Of a stretch of DNA of 64,000 bases, positions 1 to 13,400 are shown piece after piece. The stretch lies in NCBI GenBank assembly GCA_032718475.1, contig JAUCBJ010000005.1, positions 1-64,000 on the forward strand. Direction: 5' to 3'. Origin of the DNA: Nemertoderma westbladi (lineage: Eukaryota > Animalia > Xenacoelomorpha). The position numbers and the translations under genes were made by a program. Under the pieces are notes generated by a model. The model made no database searches. It saw only the letters and a list, made by a program, of their open reading frames with translations, and had not been told where the DNA came from. Position 1 is the first letter of the stretch. The number at the start of each line of letters is the position of its first letter.

Positions 1-954
1 CGGAGAAACGAGGCGAAGGGCCGGAAGTCGCGATGATAGAGTTCCGGTACGACCCTCTCTCGACCTTGGCCGTCGAGAGATATGCGAGAATGTTATCGCA
101 AACGTGCTGGCACCCAGTCGCCAGTTTGTGTCATCAACGTTGAAGACTCAGCAGTCATCTATATGCAGAAGGAGACGATTCGTTAGGATAAGCTGCAAGT
201 GATCCCCACCTCATAGGGATCCTCGGATATAAGGATTACAGGATTACAACTTCCGAACTTGAAGTTTAGAACTGCAGTAGGCCTATAATGCAGGCAGATT
301 GTCTCATGAGTTTACTAAAATCCTGAGGTTATTAGCCAAATGGGTGAATGTGGATTGGTTAGGCCTACTGAAAGAACATGAGAAAACAAAATGCTAGGCC
401 TAGTACAATCACAGTATTAGGCTCACTAAAAATTAACAAATAATAAATGAAATACTGAAATAGGCCTAAAAATTTAATTATACAACAACCGTCAGACCAT
501 ACCTGCTGCCTGCATACAGCCGTACCAAACCTGATAACATGCAGACAAGCCTAGAATACAAGTGAAATGTATAGTAGGCAGGTAGGCCTACTGTCAGACT
601 GTAGTAAGGCCTGTGAAAGTACGGGCGGTGGTACGCTACTGCTGTACTGCAGTACTGCAGCAGGCGTCCCAGTGGAGGGGCAGACCGGTATATAAAATCC
701 AACACTACCGGTAATTGCTACACAGCCAGCTGTGAGTTCATTATTCTTGCCCAAGGCGCCTTGTCCCTGCCTCACACTACAAAAAGTGTTGCCGTCGCTA
801 GGATACAAATTATCTGTTATTGGTTAGAGCTGTACCATTGGTTGGCTTTGGTTGTGTTTGATGTAGGCCATCATGTTATGATATTCAAATGGATTGATGG
901 AGGGAATTTCAAAATGGTCAAATAATACAACAATAATGACATTTTTAATATGAT

Positions 955-2765
955 GTGCAATTATAAAAATCGCTGTAACTCTGGTGCAACACGACCGTAT
1001 TTGATGAAATTTTCATTGTTACGTACGGTAATTAATGCGTTTACAATTGCTATACTCAATATATTTATAATCGGTATGATTTTTAAACTATAAGAGTTTA
1101 AGAGCCGGGAATTGCCAAATTGTGGCTACGCAGGCCAGATTTGACCACAAAATTGACCAGGTTCGTGCAACTCTTGAAAATTTTGGAATATGTCAATTTT
1201 GTTCTACTATCATGTTCTATAAATGACCAAAGTTAAAAAAAATATAATTCCTAGGAAGTTGTTTTATTTTTGATAAATATGTAATTTTATGGTGAAAATT
1301 GGTTAATTTCGTTAAAAATCAGTGAAAATTTGACGGTTTGGAGTAAAATTGGGTGGGTTGGGCCAACTCGTATAAATTGTTGCCAGTGTTATTTTTCTTA
1401 TCCTAAAACGTTCTTTAATTGAGCACAGTTTTAGAAAATATAATTCCTAGGAAGTTCTTAAACTAAAGCTCAGACTTTCAAAAAGACGGTCATTTAACGG
1501 ACTTTTTTTATTTGTCTGTCATACCTACACATATCGTTGAAATCGAAAATGGCATGCATATTCGGATTCAGCACACCAAAATGTACCTATATAGTATATT
1601 TTGAGGTAATCTGAGGCTAAAATAAAAAAAAATTAAAAAATTAAAAAAAATTTCGCCAAAATTTGCCAAACTTCCAAAAATACTTAACTTGCTCAGATTT
1701 TCATGAAATTTGGTACGGATGTGCCCAAAGCAATTCTAAGAAACTAATTTGAAGGATTTACGGAAAAATGCAATTTAAGCCGATATATCGCATTTTGAGT
1801 GCCTAATTTTAGGCTAAATTTCAAGAAAATACAGATTTCCTAAGTTTGGCCCTTATTTACTACAAGAAGCAAAGACTTTTTGTATTAACATTAAATGGAT
1901 AAAATGTAGAGCTATCTTATCCATCTGTGATGTTAAAGTTTCAGAAAAATATAAGCAAACAATTCGGAGAAAACCACTTTCTACCAAAACCTATTTTGTC
2001 AACTTCCAAAATTACCATTTTTCGGCCCCAATTTCCAGCCCTTAATATTCAGGCAACGCACAATATCAATAACAGTAATGGAACTCCCATCTTCCCTCTA
2101 TATAACGCAAGTGGAACGGTTTCGTTCTAATTAAAAGATACAGAGTTATAACGTTTTAAAAATTGTCAAAAATATCCAAATTTGGCTCAAAATTGGCCAA
2201 AAGTTAAATTATTGGCATACTGTTAAATATTTTTGGCCAATATTTTGACCCGATGAACAACTGTATTGGATATGTATTCGGTATGAGTTTCAATCGAAAT
2301 AGCCAAGCTGCTTTGGTGATAGCGAGAAAACAATGTAAAAATTTACCATTTTGATAATTTTTGGGTAAAATTAAAATGTGGCCAAAATGGCCAAATTTGG
2401 CTAAACGAAATTTTTTAATGAAACTTGCAAATTTATCCGCGCACAAAGTCTAGGGAGAACATTTGAAGATTTCAGTCGCCTTCACTCCGAATTTAACCAT
2501 TTAGTGCTAGAAGTTTCCAAATTGGGGCAAAAATCCACATTTGGTGGCCAATTTGGAAATGTTGGGCAACTAAATTGAAAAAACAAAAGCGTACAAAATT
2601 CTTAGAATAACAAAAACTACAAACGTGGCAAATTTCAGAGAATATAATTCCTAGGAAGTTGTAAAACGCCCCGAGTAAGCTCCACTTTCTATATACTAAT
2701 GTTGGAACGCCTACGCCCGGTGTGGGAGAATCCTCACGAAGGATCCTCCCACGTTGTGTTGTTTT
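955..2765. mobile_element. Probable Helentron/Helitron-associated non-autonomous element
   Basis: Internal repeats (aatataattcctaggaagtt x3) and a terminal hairpin gtgggagaatcct-cacga-aggatcctcccac at ~2722-2751 followed by a T-run. Left boundary uncertain. Confidence 0.4.
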
Positions 2766-3531
2766 TAGGTTTACATAAGAACCGCATATCCAACTAGCTT
2801 GCGTTTAAGAAATATATTTAAATACAAAACAGGACGAACGCAAAGAGGCTTATAATGAAAACGAGTACTGCGTTTATTATATTCCTATAAACCACCTGGC
2901 TTTGCATATTTAACGTGCGATTGGAAATAAGTTCGTGCTACCCTTCCGTGGGTGGTAGATGTCGCGGTTATGTATTGGTGGTTGGGAAGGGTGGGGGGGG
3001 GGGGGGGGGGGGATTAAAAGGGGTGAACACGTACTGTCCACCTTTCTTTGATTGATTGGTGGTGTGGGTAAATTTCTCAAAACCTGATTTTGTGATACAG
3101 TCGCTGCATTTTAATTTGTATATAATAACTAGGCCTCGTGCTGCGCGAAGTCCCCACGAACGTGTTTTATTTTGTTTATTGACAACTCAACTATTTTCTG
3201 CCTATCCCTGAGAGCTGATAAAGGATGTGTAGACTCAGACAGCAGCCAGCAGCAGGAGGGGTGTAGTCAAGAAATTCTGCCTTGATGGAATTCTATCTCA
3301 GGCAGCCCTGAACTCAACCATATTCCTACACAGCTAGCTGCTGCAGCAGCTCAGGGAGGAGTTGTTACTTTACCATTGCCTTTAATTTCGCGACAAAATA
3401 ATTTCAAAAAAACGAAATATATCGAATACCACACATTGAATTGATCTGATATTTTGTAACGCGATTATGAATCACCAAAGCAATTTACTTGTAAAATTTC
3501 AACAAAATCGCCAGGCAGGAAGTGCCTGAAC

Positions 3532-5764
3532 CGAGAGAAAGCCGCCCCAATATTAGATTATTACAACAACATCCATTGGGTAAGAAAGTGGGGGAGAGCC
3601 AGCCCGTCTCTTAATTTTTTACTTTATATTACGCGATCAATTTTCACTCATCTCGTCATGAACCCAACATGTATGTAACCTTTTGTTAAATTTGTTGGCT
3701 ATGCGTTTGCGGTTGTTTGGGCGGAGTGTGGTAGGCCTACACTTTTCACACTTAAATATTTTGGTTGTGAAATGTTACAGGGCATAGCTATCAGAGATAT
3801 TTCATTTATATTTTATTATGAGAGGAAGATGACATACAACGTTATTTACTATGTAACAAAATAATTGTTTTCGGGTTTAACTTGGAAGCCTCCCCAAATA
3901 GTTGATATACAATTATATTTAAAATTATTTCCATGGTCATGGTCATTCACCCGTCTTTAGTTAGAAATTTGTTTGCATGAAAGACAGTTTAGTTTAGTTT
4001 TTACTGATTTATTATCTTTTATCTGACTGGGGTAATAATAAAGGATAGGATAAATGGAAGCAAAGTGTGACAGTAACAAATATTTCCCCGTCACCCTAGC
4101 ATGTCTTAATTATATGATATATCAAAGGGGGAAGTTTGGATTCACTGCATAAATGCAGTTCACCAAACTTCCCCCGAATGCACACTGTAACTTCCCCCTT
4201 CCAACAAAAATGTTCACTATTTAAGTGCATTTTGCACTAAGTGCACATAAGTCTTTTCCCACAGACTACAATCTATCCTCTATCCAATGAAAAAAGTTTC
4301 AGATCAAGTTAGTTAGGTTTCAGTAAAGTTAGTTAGGTTTCAGTAGAACCGAAGTTATTGATGTTTAAAAATAGTCACTCGAAAATTTCAAATTCTCTTG
4401 GTCGCATAGTCTAGTGGTTATCAATCACGTTAATGAAACCTACGTTCGCGGGTTCGAAATCCAATATTGACCTGACCATTCTTATTTTTTTTGCAAAAAA
4501 AATTATTTTTATTTTTTCACTAAAATCGCTCTAACTTCGGTTCTGGTTGTCCAAATTCAATAAAATTGGTAGATTCTTTGCCGTAATTTTTTTCTTAATC
4601 TTTTGAGAAGGGGTTATTTTTGGCCCCAAAAATTTTTTATAAGTATTAAACCTTTTTATAAATATTATATTTCACACGATCGCCTGCCGCTCCAGTTTTA
4701 TAATATCTCCGGCGCTGTGATTAACGCTGTTAGATAGATAATTTAACGCACTATAAGTCTGTGTAAACAAATCTCCCGTAAGTTAAGTAGTTTTCGAGCT
4801 AGACGATTTCCCGTGAAGCAAGTTTGAAGCGCGAAATTATAATTTCGGCCCTCATTTTTTTAATATCATACTTGGAGCAAAACCGATAGCATATTTGAAT
4901 TCCCCGTATGGATATTGACTGTATAGAATGTACCTTAACCAACTAAAGTTAAAAATAAAAAATTATTCGATAAAAACTACTTTACAAATTCTGGCCCTTT
5001 TTGGCCCCTATTGCCGACATATTTTTTGTACCCCCATTCGATAGGAACGTAGCCCCAATGGTCTTCTACGAGTTTCATAAAAGAATTAGTGGATTCCTAC
5101 CCGCGTTGTCGAATTAAACATTTCGGAAATAAGTTTTCCAAAAAAGACGGACAAAAACGTACAAATTTACAGCCCCTTTTTCCACCCGAAATTTTAATAA
5201 ATATCTTACCCCCATTCGATACGAAGGTAGTACAACTCTTCCCCTTTCCAACCGCGTTACTTTCGTCCCCGTACGATTAATATTAGCCGAGTTATAGCGG
5301 ATCCCGCAAAGTCATTTTGTCCGTTTTTTCAACTTTGACGGACATTTTCGGAAAAAAGGCGTGGTAATCTTTTTTGGAAAAAAAAAACGAATTCACTAAT
5401 TAATCCCTTCTATCGTATCCCGGCGTCGGCTAAGCAATAACCTAGGGTTTTTTCGAGCCACTGTAGAGCGCCTTTCAAAAAAATTTTAAAATTGTCGAAA
5501 AAATGACGGATTTTTGTCCGCCGTGTCCGTCGAAGGGTTAGATTTAATAATGTTAGAGTTGCTAATATCTTAGAATTCCGAGCCGCTCCCCTGGTGAGAA
5601 AATAAAAAAATTTGGTCAGTTCCTTCATCGAAAAGTCCCCCAGAATCCCAAGTTAACCTATATAGTTAGCGATGGCCTGCGGCTTTAGGAGCGGCCGCGG
5701 TATTCACCTCCCTCATAGCGGCCGCGGCGGTGTTGCGTCAAATGGAGAAATATTTATCCCACCT
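3532..5764 (+). mobile_element. Large non-coding dispersed repeat, copy 1 (internally deleted)
   Basis: Near-identical to 55930-58954 but lacks ~56610-57250 and ~57660-57845; GC-rich GCGGCCGCGG doublet near the 3' end. Confidence 0.88.
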
Positions 5765-8550
5765 AGATAATTATCAGTGAGTCAGTCAGTCAGTCAGTGT
5801 TATGTATCCTGAGATTTTTACAGTAAGTATCCCTGAGATTCTTACAGTAAGTATCCCGCCTGTCGAGCGGGCTCCTAATAATAAACACTAATCAAAATTG
5901 GAACTGTGTAATAACCCCCGCCAATTGGCTTCTCGGTTGCTGTTGTTACAGGTTATCACTCTAGTTATTCTCCAGTGCTGTTTATTAATATCTGTAGGTA
6001 TATATTGTTATACAGTATATGGCTTGTTAATCCATGTTGTAGAACATAAACACCATTGTAGTACGTTGTCGCCGCCCCGTAAACCAGTGGTTTGTGTGGT
6101 TTACTAGATCTATGGAACATGTCATGATTCATATTGTGCATAGTCGTTATTAATGGTGAAATCAATATTGGTGACGTATACTGTATCTCCAACCATAATA
6201 CTTATATTGTATTAGTGTTGCGTTGAAATAAATGAAAATGATCATTATACTGTACTATTAGTTGTTTTTAAAATAACAACAATTTTGAATAGTGGGACTA
6301 CTTCTTTTTTTCATGAAAATTTACTCAGCTTAAGAAATTTTCATTTCTCAAGAGTTGGTAGATATTTTTTTGACTTACAATCCAAATTTCGTAGGATTTC
6401 ATTGGACGATTACAAAATTAATATTTTGGAAATTGTCAAAAAAAATTATTAATCCTATCATGTGACAACTTTAGTGAAGATTTCAAATCTGCAAGCAGTT
6501 TTCTCATATCTTTTTGCAAACTCAAAATGATTAGTCAAAACATAAGAACTAGACTGTTTTTGACAAGCCTTCGAGCAGCACGATATTTTACAATTGAATG
6601 AGGCCCTTTCCATAAAAAAGGCTCCCACGGTACGGATATGAATACAATTGCTAAAAAGTAGTTTTACTACAGTAGTTATATTTTTATATTATTATAGATA
6701 TGGGTAATTCGTTATATTTTTATATTATTATAGATACACCCCACTCGGGGTAATTCGTTATATTTTTAGCAAGGATGAAATATTTCGTTGAATTTCATTA
6801 GTTTTTGTCAAAGTTATTGTACAAATTAAAATGACTTTATCTAAAATATAAGGTTTGAACTGTTCCTTAAACTTTAAACACCCATTTATCTCAGAATGTC
6901 CTTTTTTTCATGAAAAAGGCTATTCTCCGCTAATTTTATTTGAAATGATGTTCATTTGTTCAGAATATATTTCTCCATAAATGCTTCTGTACAAATTGTT
7001 CTCAAAATACCCTGGAGACTTTTATATCAAAAAGATCCAAAAAATAGGCCTTTTTAGGGCTATTATTATTTTTTTTAATTTAATTTTATTTTATTCATTG
7101 GGCCATTTTATTCTAAAATGGCCCAGTCCATTTTGAGCTAAAAACATTCAGAAAAATTAGATGCAATGGGTCTTCTGAAGTTATAATCTAAATTTCTAAA
7201 AATTCCTGCAAATATTGATATAGCCCTTGGCGCAAAAAGGCACTTTCGGCCATTACAGAGCCATATTGTGGCATATTGTGGCAAATTTGGCAAACATTTG
7301 GGATGAGTTTGACTATTCTTAATCAGCCCAGATCACGTTTACTAGCACAAATTAAATTTTAACCCAATTTTAGGTTCTAGAAACACCAAAATGTGAGGTT
7401 ACATTGCCGGGTGCTACCTGATACACTCCCCCCCCCCCCGAACGAAAGAAAATAGAAATTACGAAATATCTAATATAATTTCCAATTCTACAATAATATT
7501 ATAATAATATACAGAGATTCTATATAAATGAAATTGCAATAAATTAATTCAATAGGAAATCATAATTATTATAATTACTAACAAATAAATTAAATATTAA
7601 GTACCGGTACTCAATTCAACACAAATAATATAATTAATTTGTGCAGCACATAAAAAAGCCAAACGCCAAAATACAAGAAATTATAGATGTTAATTATTAT
7701 TAATTAACCAACAATTAATTGTAATCAAGCTAAACAGGAATGAAGACGTTTTACCGCATAGATAATTAACTAATTACTTTCAGTTTACCGACAACCGACA
7801 GTCTATATCGCCTCAAGAAGACCCGCGGTCTACTTTCAGATATGACTGACAGTCAATGTTGTGGGAAATATGAAAGAAACGATTGAAACACAATGAAATA
7901 TTAAGAAAATCCTGGCTCCTCAGTGATGATGTTGATAAGGATGTTAGCGAACATTGTTGTCCAGTATATTAGGATATAGACCCGCCCAAAGACTGCCTAA
8001 TACCAATGATTTATAATAATTATAACAAATAACACATAAATTTCTCACATATTCGCACATTCATTAGTAAAACACACTAAATTATTGTTATGTAACACAA
8101 TGCTAAATTATTGATTGCAATAAATTAAAATTATATTTGGAGTGGCTAACATTTAGAACCGCTATTGAGGAAGGATTTACAGCCACTATAGGCGTTATAG
8201 GAAGGGGATTCAGGTGTGACATTATTGAATCGTTCATATAGAGCCATTACATGGTTCCAGTATTATAAAGAAATAAACAGCCCTGCCCATAAAGTACAAT
8301 ATTAAATATCCCATTAAATAAAATATGTACGCAGGTGTTGCGAAGTGAGAATAAACTTTCGAAATATTACTCGGGCCGTCAGGAAATTGGTGGTGAGTTG
8401 CATAGTGAGTACCGAGTTCGCATTTCAGGGCTGAATTCTAAAGATAAAGGGGGGGGGGGGGGGGGGGGGGGGTATTACAAAGGAATCAGAATTCATATCC
8501 ATACAGGGGAATACCAACTCAAATAACATATTATTACACCCAAAAATATA

Positions 8551-10005
8551 ACTGTAACCTGTACCATTGACTTTAGTTTAGTGTTTTGGTTAGAATAACG
8601 CGCCACTGTAACCTGTACCAACGACTTTAGTTTATTGTTTTGGTTAGAATAACGCGCCACTGTAACCTGTACCATTGACTTTAGTTTAGTGTTTTGGTTA
8701 GAATAACGCGCCACTGTAACCTGTACCATTGACTTTAGTTTAGTGTTTTGGTTAGAATAACGCGCCACTGTAACCTGTACCATTGACTTTAGTTTATTGT
8801 TTTGGTTAGAATAACGCGCCACTGTAACCTGTACCAACGACTTTAGTTTATTGTTTTGGTTAGAATAACGCGCCACTGTAACCTGTACCATTGACTTTAG
8901 TTTAGTGTTTTGGTTAGAATAACGCGCCACTGTAACCTGTACCATTGACTTTAGTTTAGTGTTTTGGTTAGAATAACGCGCCACTGTAACCTGTACCATT
9001 GACTTTAGTTTAGTGTTTTGGTTAGAATAACGCGCCACTGTAACCTGTACCATTGACTTTAGTTTAGTGTTTTGGTTAGAATAACGCGCCACTGTAACCT
9101 GTACCATTGACTTTAGTTTAGTGTTTTGGTTAGAATAACGCGCCACTGTAACCTGTACCAACGACTTTAGTTTATTGTTTTGGTTAGAATAACGCGCCAC
9201 TGTAACCTGTACCATTGACTTTAGTTTAGTGTTTTGGTTAGAATAACGCGCCACTGTAACCTGTACCATTGACTTTAGTTTAGTGTTTTGGTTAGAATAA
9301 CGCGCCACTGTAACCTGTACCATTGACTTTAGTTTAGTGTTTTGGTTAGAATAACGCGCCACTGTAACCTGTACCATTGACTTTAGTTTAGTGTTTTGGT
9401 TAGAATAACGCGCCACTGTAACCTGTACCATTGACTTTAGTTTAGTGTTTTGGTTAGAATAACGCGCCACTGTAACCTGTACCATTGACTTTAGTTTAGT
9501 GTTTTGGTTAGAATAACGCGCCACTGTAACCTGTACCATTGACTTTAGTTTAGTGTTTTGGTTAGAATAACGCGCCACTGTAACCTGTACCATTGACTTT
9601 AGTTTAGTGTTTTGGTTAGAATAACGCGCCACTGTAACCTGTACCATTGACTTTAGTTTAGTGTTTTGGTTAGAATAACGCGCCACTGTAACCTGTACCA
9701 TTGACTTTAGTTTAGTGTTTTGGTTAGAATAACGCGCCACTGTAACCTGTACCATTGACTTTAGTTTAGTGTTTTGGTTAGAATAACGCGCCACTGTAAC
9801 CTGTACCATTGACTTTAGTTTAGTGTTTTGGTTAGAATAACGCGCCACTGTAACCTGTACCATTGACTTTAGTTTAGTGTTTTGGTTAGAATAACGCGCC
9901 ACTGTAACCTGTACCATTGACTTTAGTTTAGTGTTTTGGTTAGAATAACGCGCCACTGTAACCTGTACCATTGACTTTAGTTTAGTGTTTTGGTTAGAAT
10001 AATAA
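8551..10005. repeat. 54-bp tandem satellite, about 27 units, inside a dispersed repeat copy
   Basis: Near-identical units actgtaacctgtaccattgactttagtttagtgttttggttagaataacgcgcc. Confidence 0.95.
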
Positions 10006-10216
10006 CCTGTTCCTTTCTATCCATTGACAACTTCACATTGAGACGAAATAATTTATTCGTATAGATAACCCCCCACCCGCCCCGCCCCGCCGCCTCCAAA
10101 ATGAATGGGAACAGATAGTAAAATCCAAAAGCCGAACTAAAGTTCTATTTGAATCCCTAGGAGAATCCATGACATACTGTTTCCATGACAACTATTGAAG
10201 GTCAAAGGAACTGCTA

Positions 10217-10393
10217 TTATAGCCGTTTAAGGAAGGATATATGCAAAGCCTCAGGAACTTGAATTGTTTCCAAGCCAACGGGACTCGGAGAGAATGGGAA
10301 ATTGACAGGAAACACGTAGTCTGATTGCATCATCATCTGTGGCTTCTGTCCGCCACTGACGCCACCTTGTCTGCCACTTAGGATTTCTTCGAC
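10217..10393 (-). CDS. Myo5: Myosin V terminal exon (absent from ORF track)
   Basis: Acceptor atttcag|GTC. Translates VEEILSGRQGGVSGGQKPQMMMQSDYVFPVNFPFSPSPVGLETIQVPEALHISFLKRL*, matching the myosin V C-terminal pattern (FPVxFPFxPS..LETIQIP..L..FL.R). Confidence 0.92.
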   Translation of the reverse strand, partial: VEEILSGRQGGVSGGQKPQMMMQSDYVFPVNFPFSPSPVGLETIQVPEALHISFLKRL

Positions 10394-10489
10394 CTGAAAT
10401 AGAATGAAAATTTAATAATTTTGTAAATGAGTTTTTGAAAAGAAAGAATTTAGTTCGTCACCAAGACAACGACAGAGCTGAATGCTGTG

Positions 10490-13400
10490 TTTTTACCGGT
10501 ACCGCTATATTTACCGGTACCGCTATATTTACCGCTACCGCCATATTTACCGGTACCGCTATCTTTTCCGGTACCGCTATCTTTACCGGTACCGCCATAT
10601 TTACCGGTACCGCTATCTTTTCCGGTACCGCTATCTTTACCGGTACCGCTATCTTTACCGGTACCGCTATCTTTACCGGTACCACTATATTTACCGGTAC
10701 CGTTATCTTTACCGGTACCGCTATCTATACTGGTACCGCTATCTTTACCGGTACCGCTATATTTACCGGTACCGCTATCTTTACCGGTACCACTATGTTT
10801 ACCGGTACCGTCATCTTTACCGGTACCGCTATATTTACCGGTACCGCTATATTTACCGGTACCGCTATCTTTACCGGTACCACTATATTTACCGGTACCG
10901 TTATCTTTACCGGCACCGCTATCTATACTGGTACCGCTATCTTTACCGGTACCGCTATCTTTACCGGTACCGCTATCTTTACCGGTACCACTATGTTTAC
11001 CGGTACCGTCATCTTTACCGGTACCGCTATCTTTACCGGTACCAGTATATTTTCCAGTAGCGGTATCTTTACCGGTACCGCTATCTTTACCGGTACCGCT
11101 ATCTTTACCAGAACCGCTATCTTTACCGGTACCGCTATCTTTACCGGTACCACTATGTTTACCGGTACCGTTATCTTTACCGGTACCGCTATCTTTACTG
11201 GTACCGCTATCTTTACCGGTACCGCTATCTTTACCGGTACCGCTATCTTTACCGGTACCACTATGTTTACCGGTACCGTCATCTTTACCGGTACCGCTAT
11301 CTTTACCGGTACCAGTATATTTTCCAGTAGCGGTATCTTTACCGGTACCGCTATATTTACCGGTACCGTTATCTTTACCGGTACCGCTATCTTTACCGGT
11401 ACCGCTATCTTTACCGGTACCACTACGTTTACCGGTACCACTATGTTTACCGGTACCGCTATATTTACCGGTACCGCTATATTTACCGGTACCAGTATAT
11501 TTTCCAGTAGCGGTATCTTTACCGGTACCGCTATCTTTACCGGTACCACTATGTTTACCGGTACCGTCATCTTTACCGGTACCGCTATCTTTACCGGTAC
11601 CGCTATATTTACCGGTACCGCTATATTTACCGGTACCGCTATCTTTACCGGTACCGCTATATTTACCGGTACCGCTATATTTACCGGTACCGCTATATTT
11701 ACCGGTACCTCTATCTTTACCGGTACCGCTATATTTACCGGTACCGCTATCTATACTGGTACCGCTATCTTTACCGGTACCGCTATATTTACCGGTACCG
11801 CTATCTTTACCGGTACCGCTATATTTACCGGTACCGCTATATTTACCGGTACCGCTATCTTTACCGGTACCGCTATATTTACCGGTACCGCTATATTTAC
11901 CGGTACCGCTATATTTACCGGTACCTCTATCTTTACCGGTACCGCTATCTTTACCAGTACCGATATCTTTACCGGTACCGCTATCTTTACTGGTACCGCT
12001 ATCTTTACCAGTACCGCTATCTTTACCGGTACCACTATGTTTACCGGCACCGCTATCTTTACCAGTACCGATATCTTTACCGGTACCGCTATCTTTACTG
12101 GTACCGCTATCTTTACCGGTACCAGTATGTTAACCGTACCGCTATAATTACCGGTACCTCTATATTTACCGGTACCGCTATCTTTACCGGTACCGCTATC
12201 TATACTGGTACCGCTATCTTTACCGGTACCGCTATATTTACCGGTACCGCTATCTTTACCGGTACCGCTATATTTACCGGTACCGCTATATTTACCGGTA
12301 CCGCTATATTTACCGGTACCGCTATATTTACCGGTACCTCTATCTTTACCGGTACCGCTATCTTTACCAGTACCGATATCTTTACCGGTACCGCTATCTT
12401 TACTGGTACCGCTATCTTTACCAGTACCGCTATCTTTACCGGTACCACTATGTTTACCGGCACCGCTATCTTTACCAGTACCGATATCTTTACCGGTACC
12501 GCTATCTTTACTGGTACCGCTATCTTTACCGGTACCAGTATGTTTACCGGTACCGCTATATTTACCGGTACCGCTATATTTACCGGTACCGCTATCTTTA
12601 CCGGTACCGCTATATTTACCGGTACCGCTATCTTTACCGGTACCGCTATCTATACTGGTACCGCTATCTTTACCGGTACCGCTATATTTACCGGTACCGC
12701 TATCTTTACCGGTACCGCTATCTTTACCGGTACCGCTATCTTTACCAGTACCGCTATCTTTACCGGTACCACTATGTTTACCGGTACCGCTATCTTTACC
12801 AGTACCGATATCTTTACCGGTACCGCTATCTTTACTGGTACCGCTATCTTTACCGGTACCAGTATGTTTACCGGTACCGCTATATTTACCGGTACCGCTA
12901 TATTTACCGGTACCGCTATCTTTACAGGTACCGCTATATTTAACGGTACCGCTATCTTTACCGGTACCGCTATCTTTACCGGTACCACAATGTTTACCGG
13001 TACCGTCATCTTTACCGGTACCGCTATCTTTACCGGTACCAGTATATTTTCCAGTAGCGGTATCTTTACCGGTACCGCTATCTTTACCGGTACCGCTATC
13101 TTTACCGGTACCACTATGTTTACCGGTATCGCTATATTTACCGGTACCGGTAAACATAGTGGTACCGCTATCTTTACCGGTACCGCTATGTTTACCGGTA
13201 CCGCTAACTTTACCAGTACCGCTATATTTACCGGTACCGCTATATTTACCGGTACCGCTATCTTTACCGGTACCGCTATATTTACCGGTACCGCTATCTT
13301 TACCGGTACCGCTATCTATACTGGTACCGCTATCTTTACCGGTACCGCTATCTTTACTGGTACCGCTATCTTTACCAGTACCGCTATCTTTACCGGTACC

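Noticed and set aside
1-210. GC-rich open stretch at the window start
   Set aside because: Too short and truncated; no recognisable motif in the frames read.
5410-5628. Identical 72-aa ORF duplicated at 58601-58819
   Set aside because: Lies within a non-coding dispersed repeat and has no recognisable domain.
8493-9971. 492-aa (MVQVTVARYSNQNTKLKS)n ORF
   Set aside because: By-product of a 54-bp satellite derived from a non-coding dispersed repeat.
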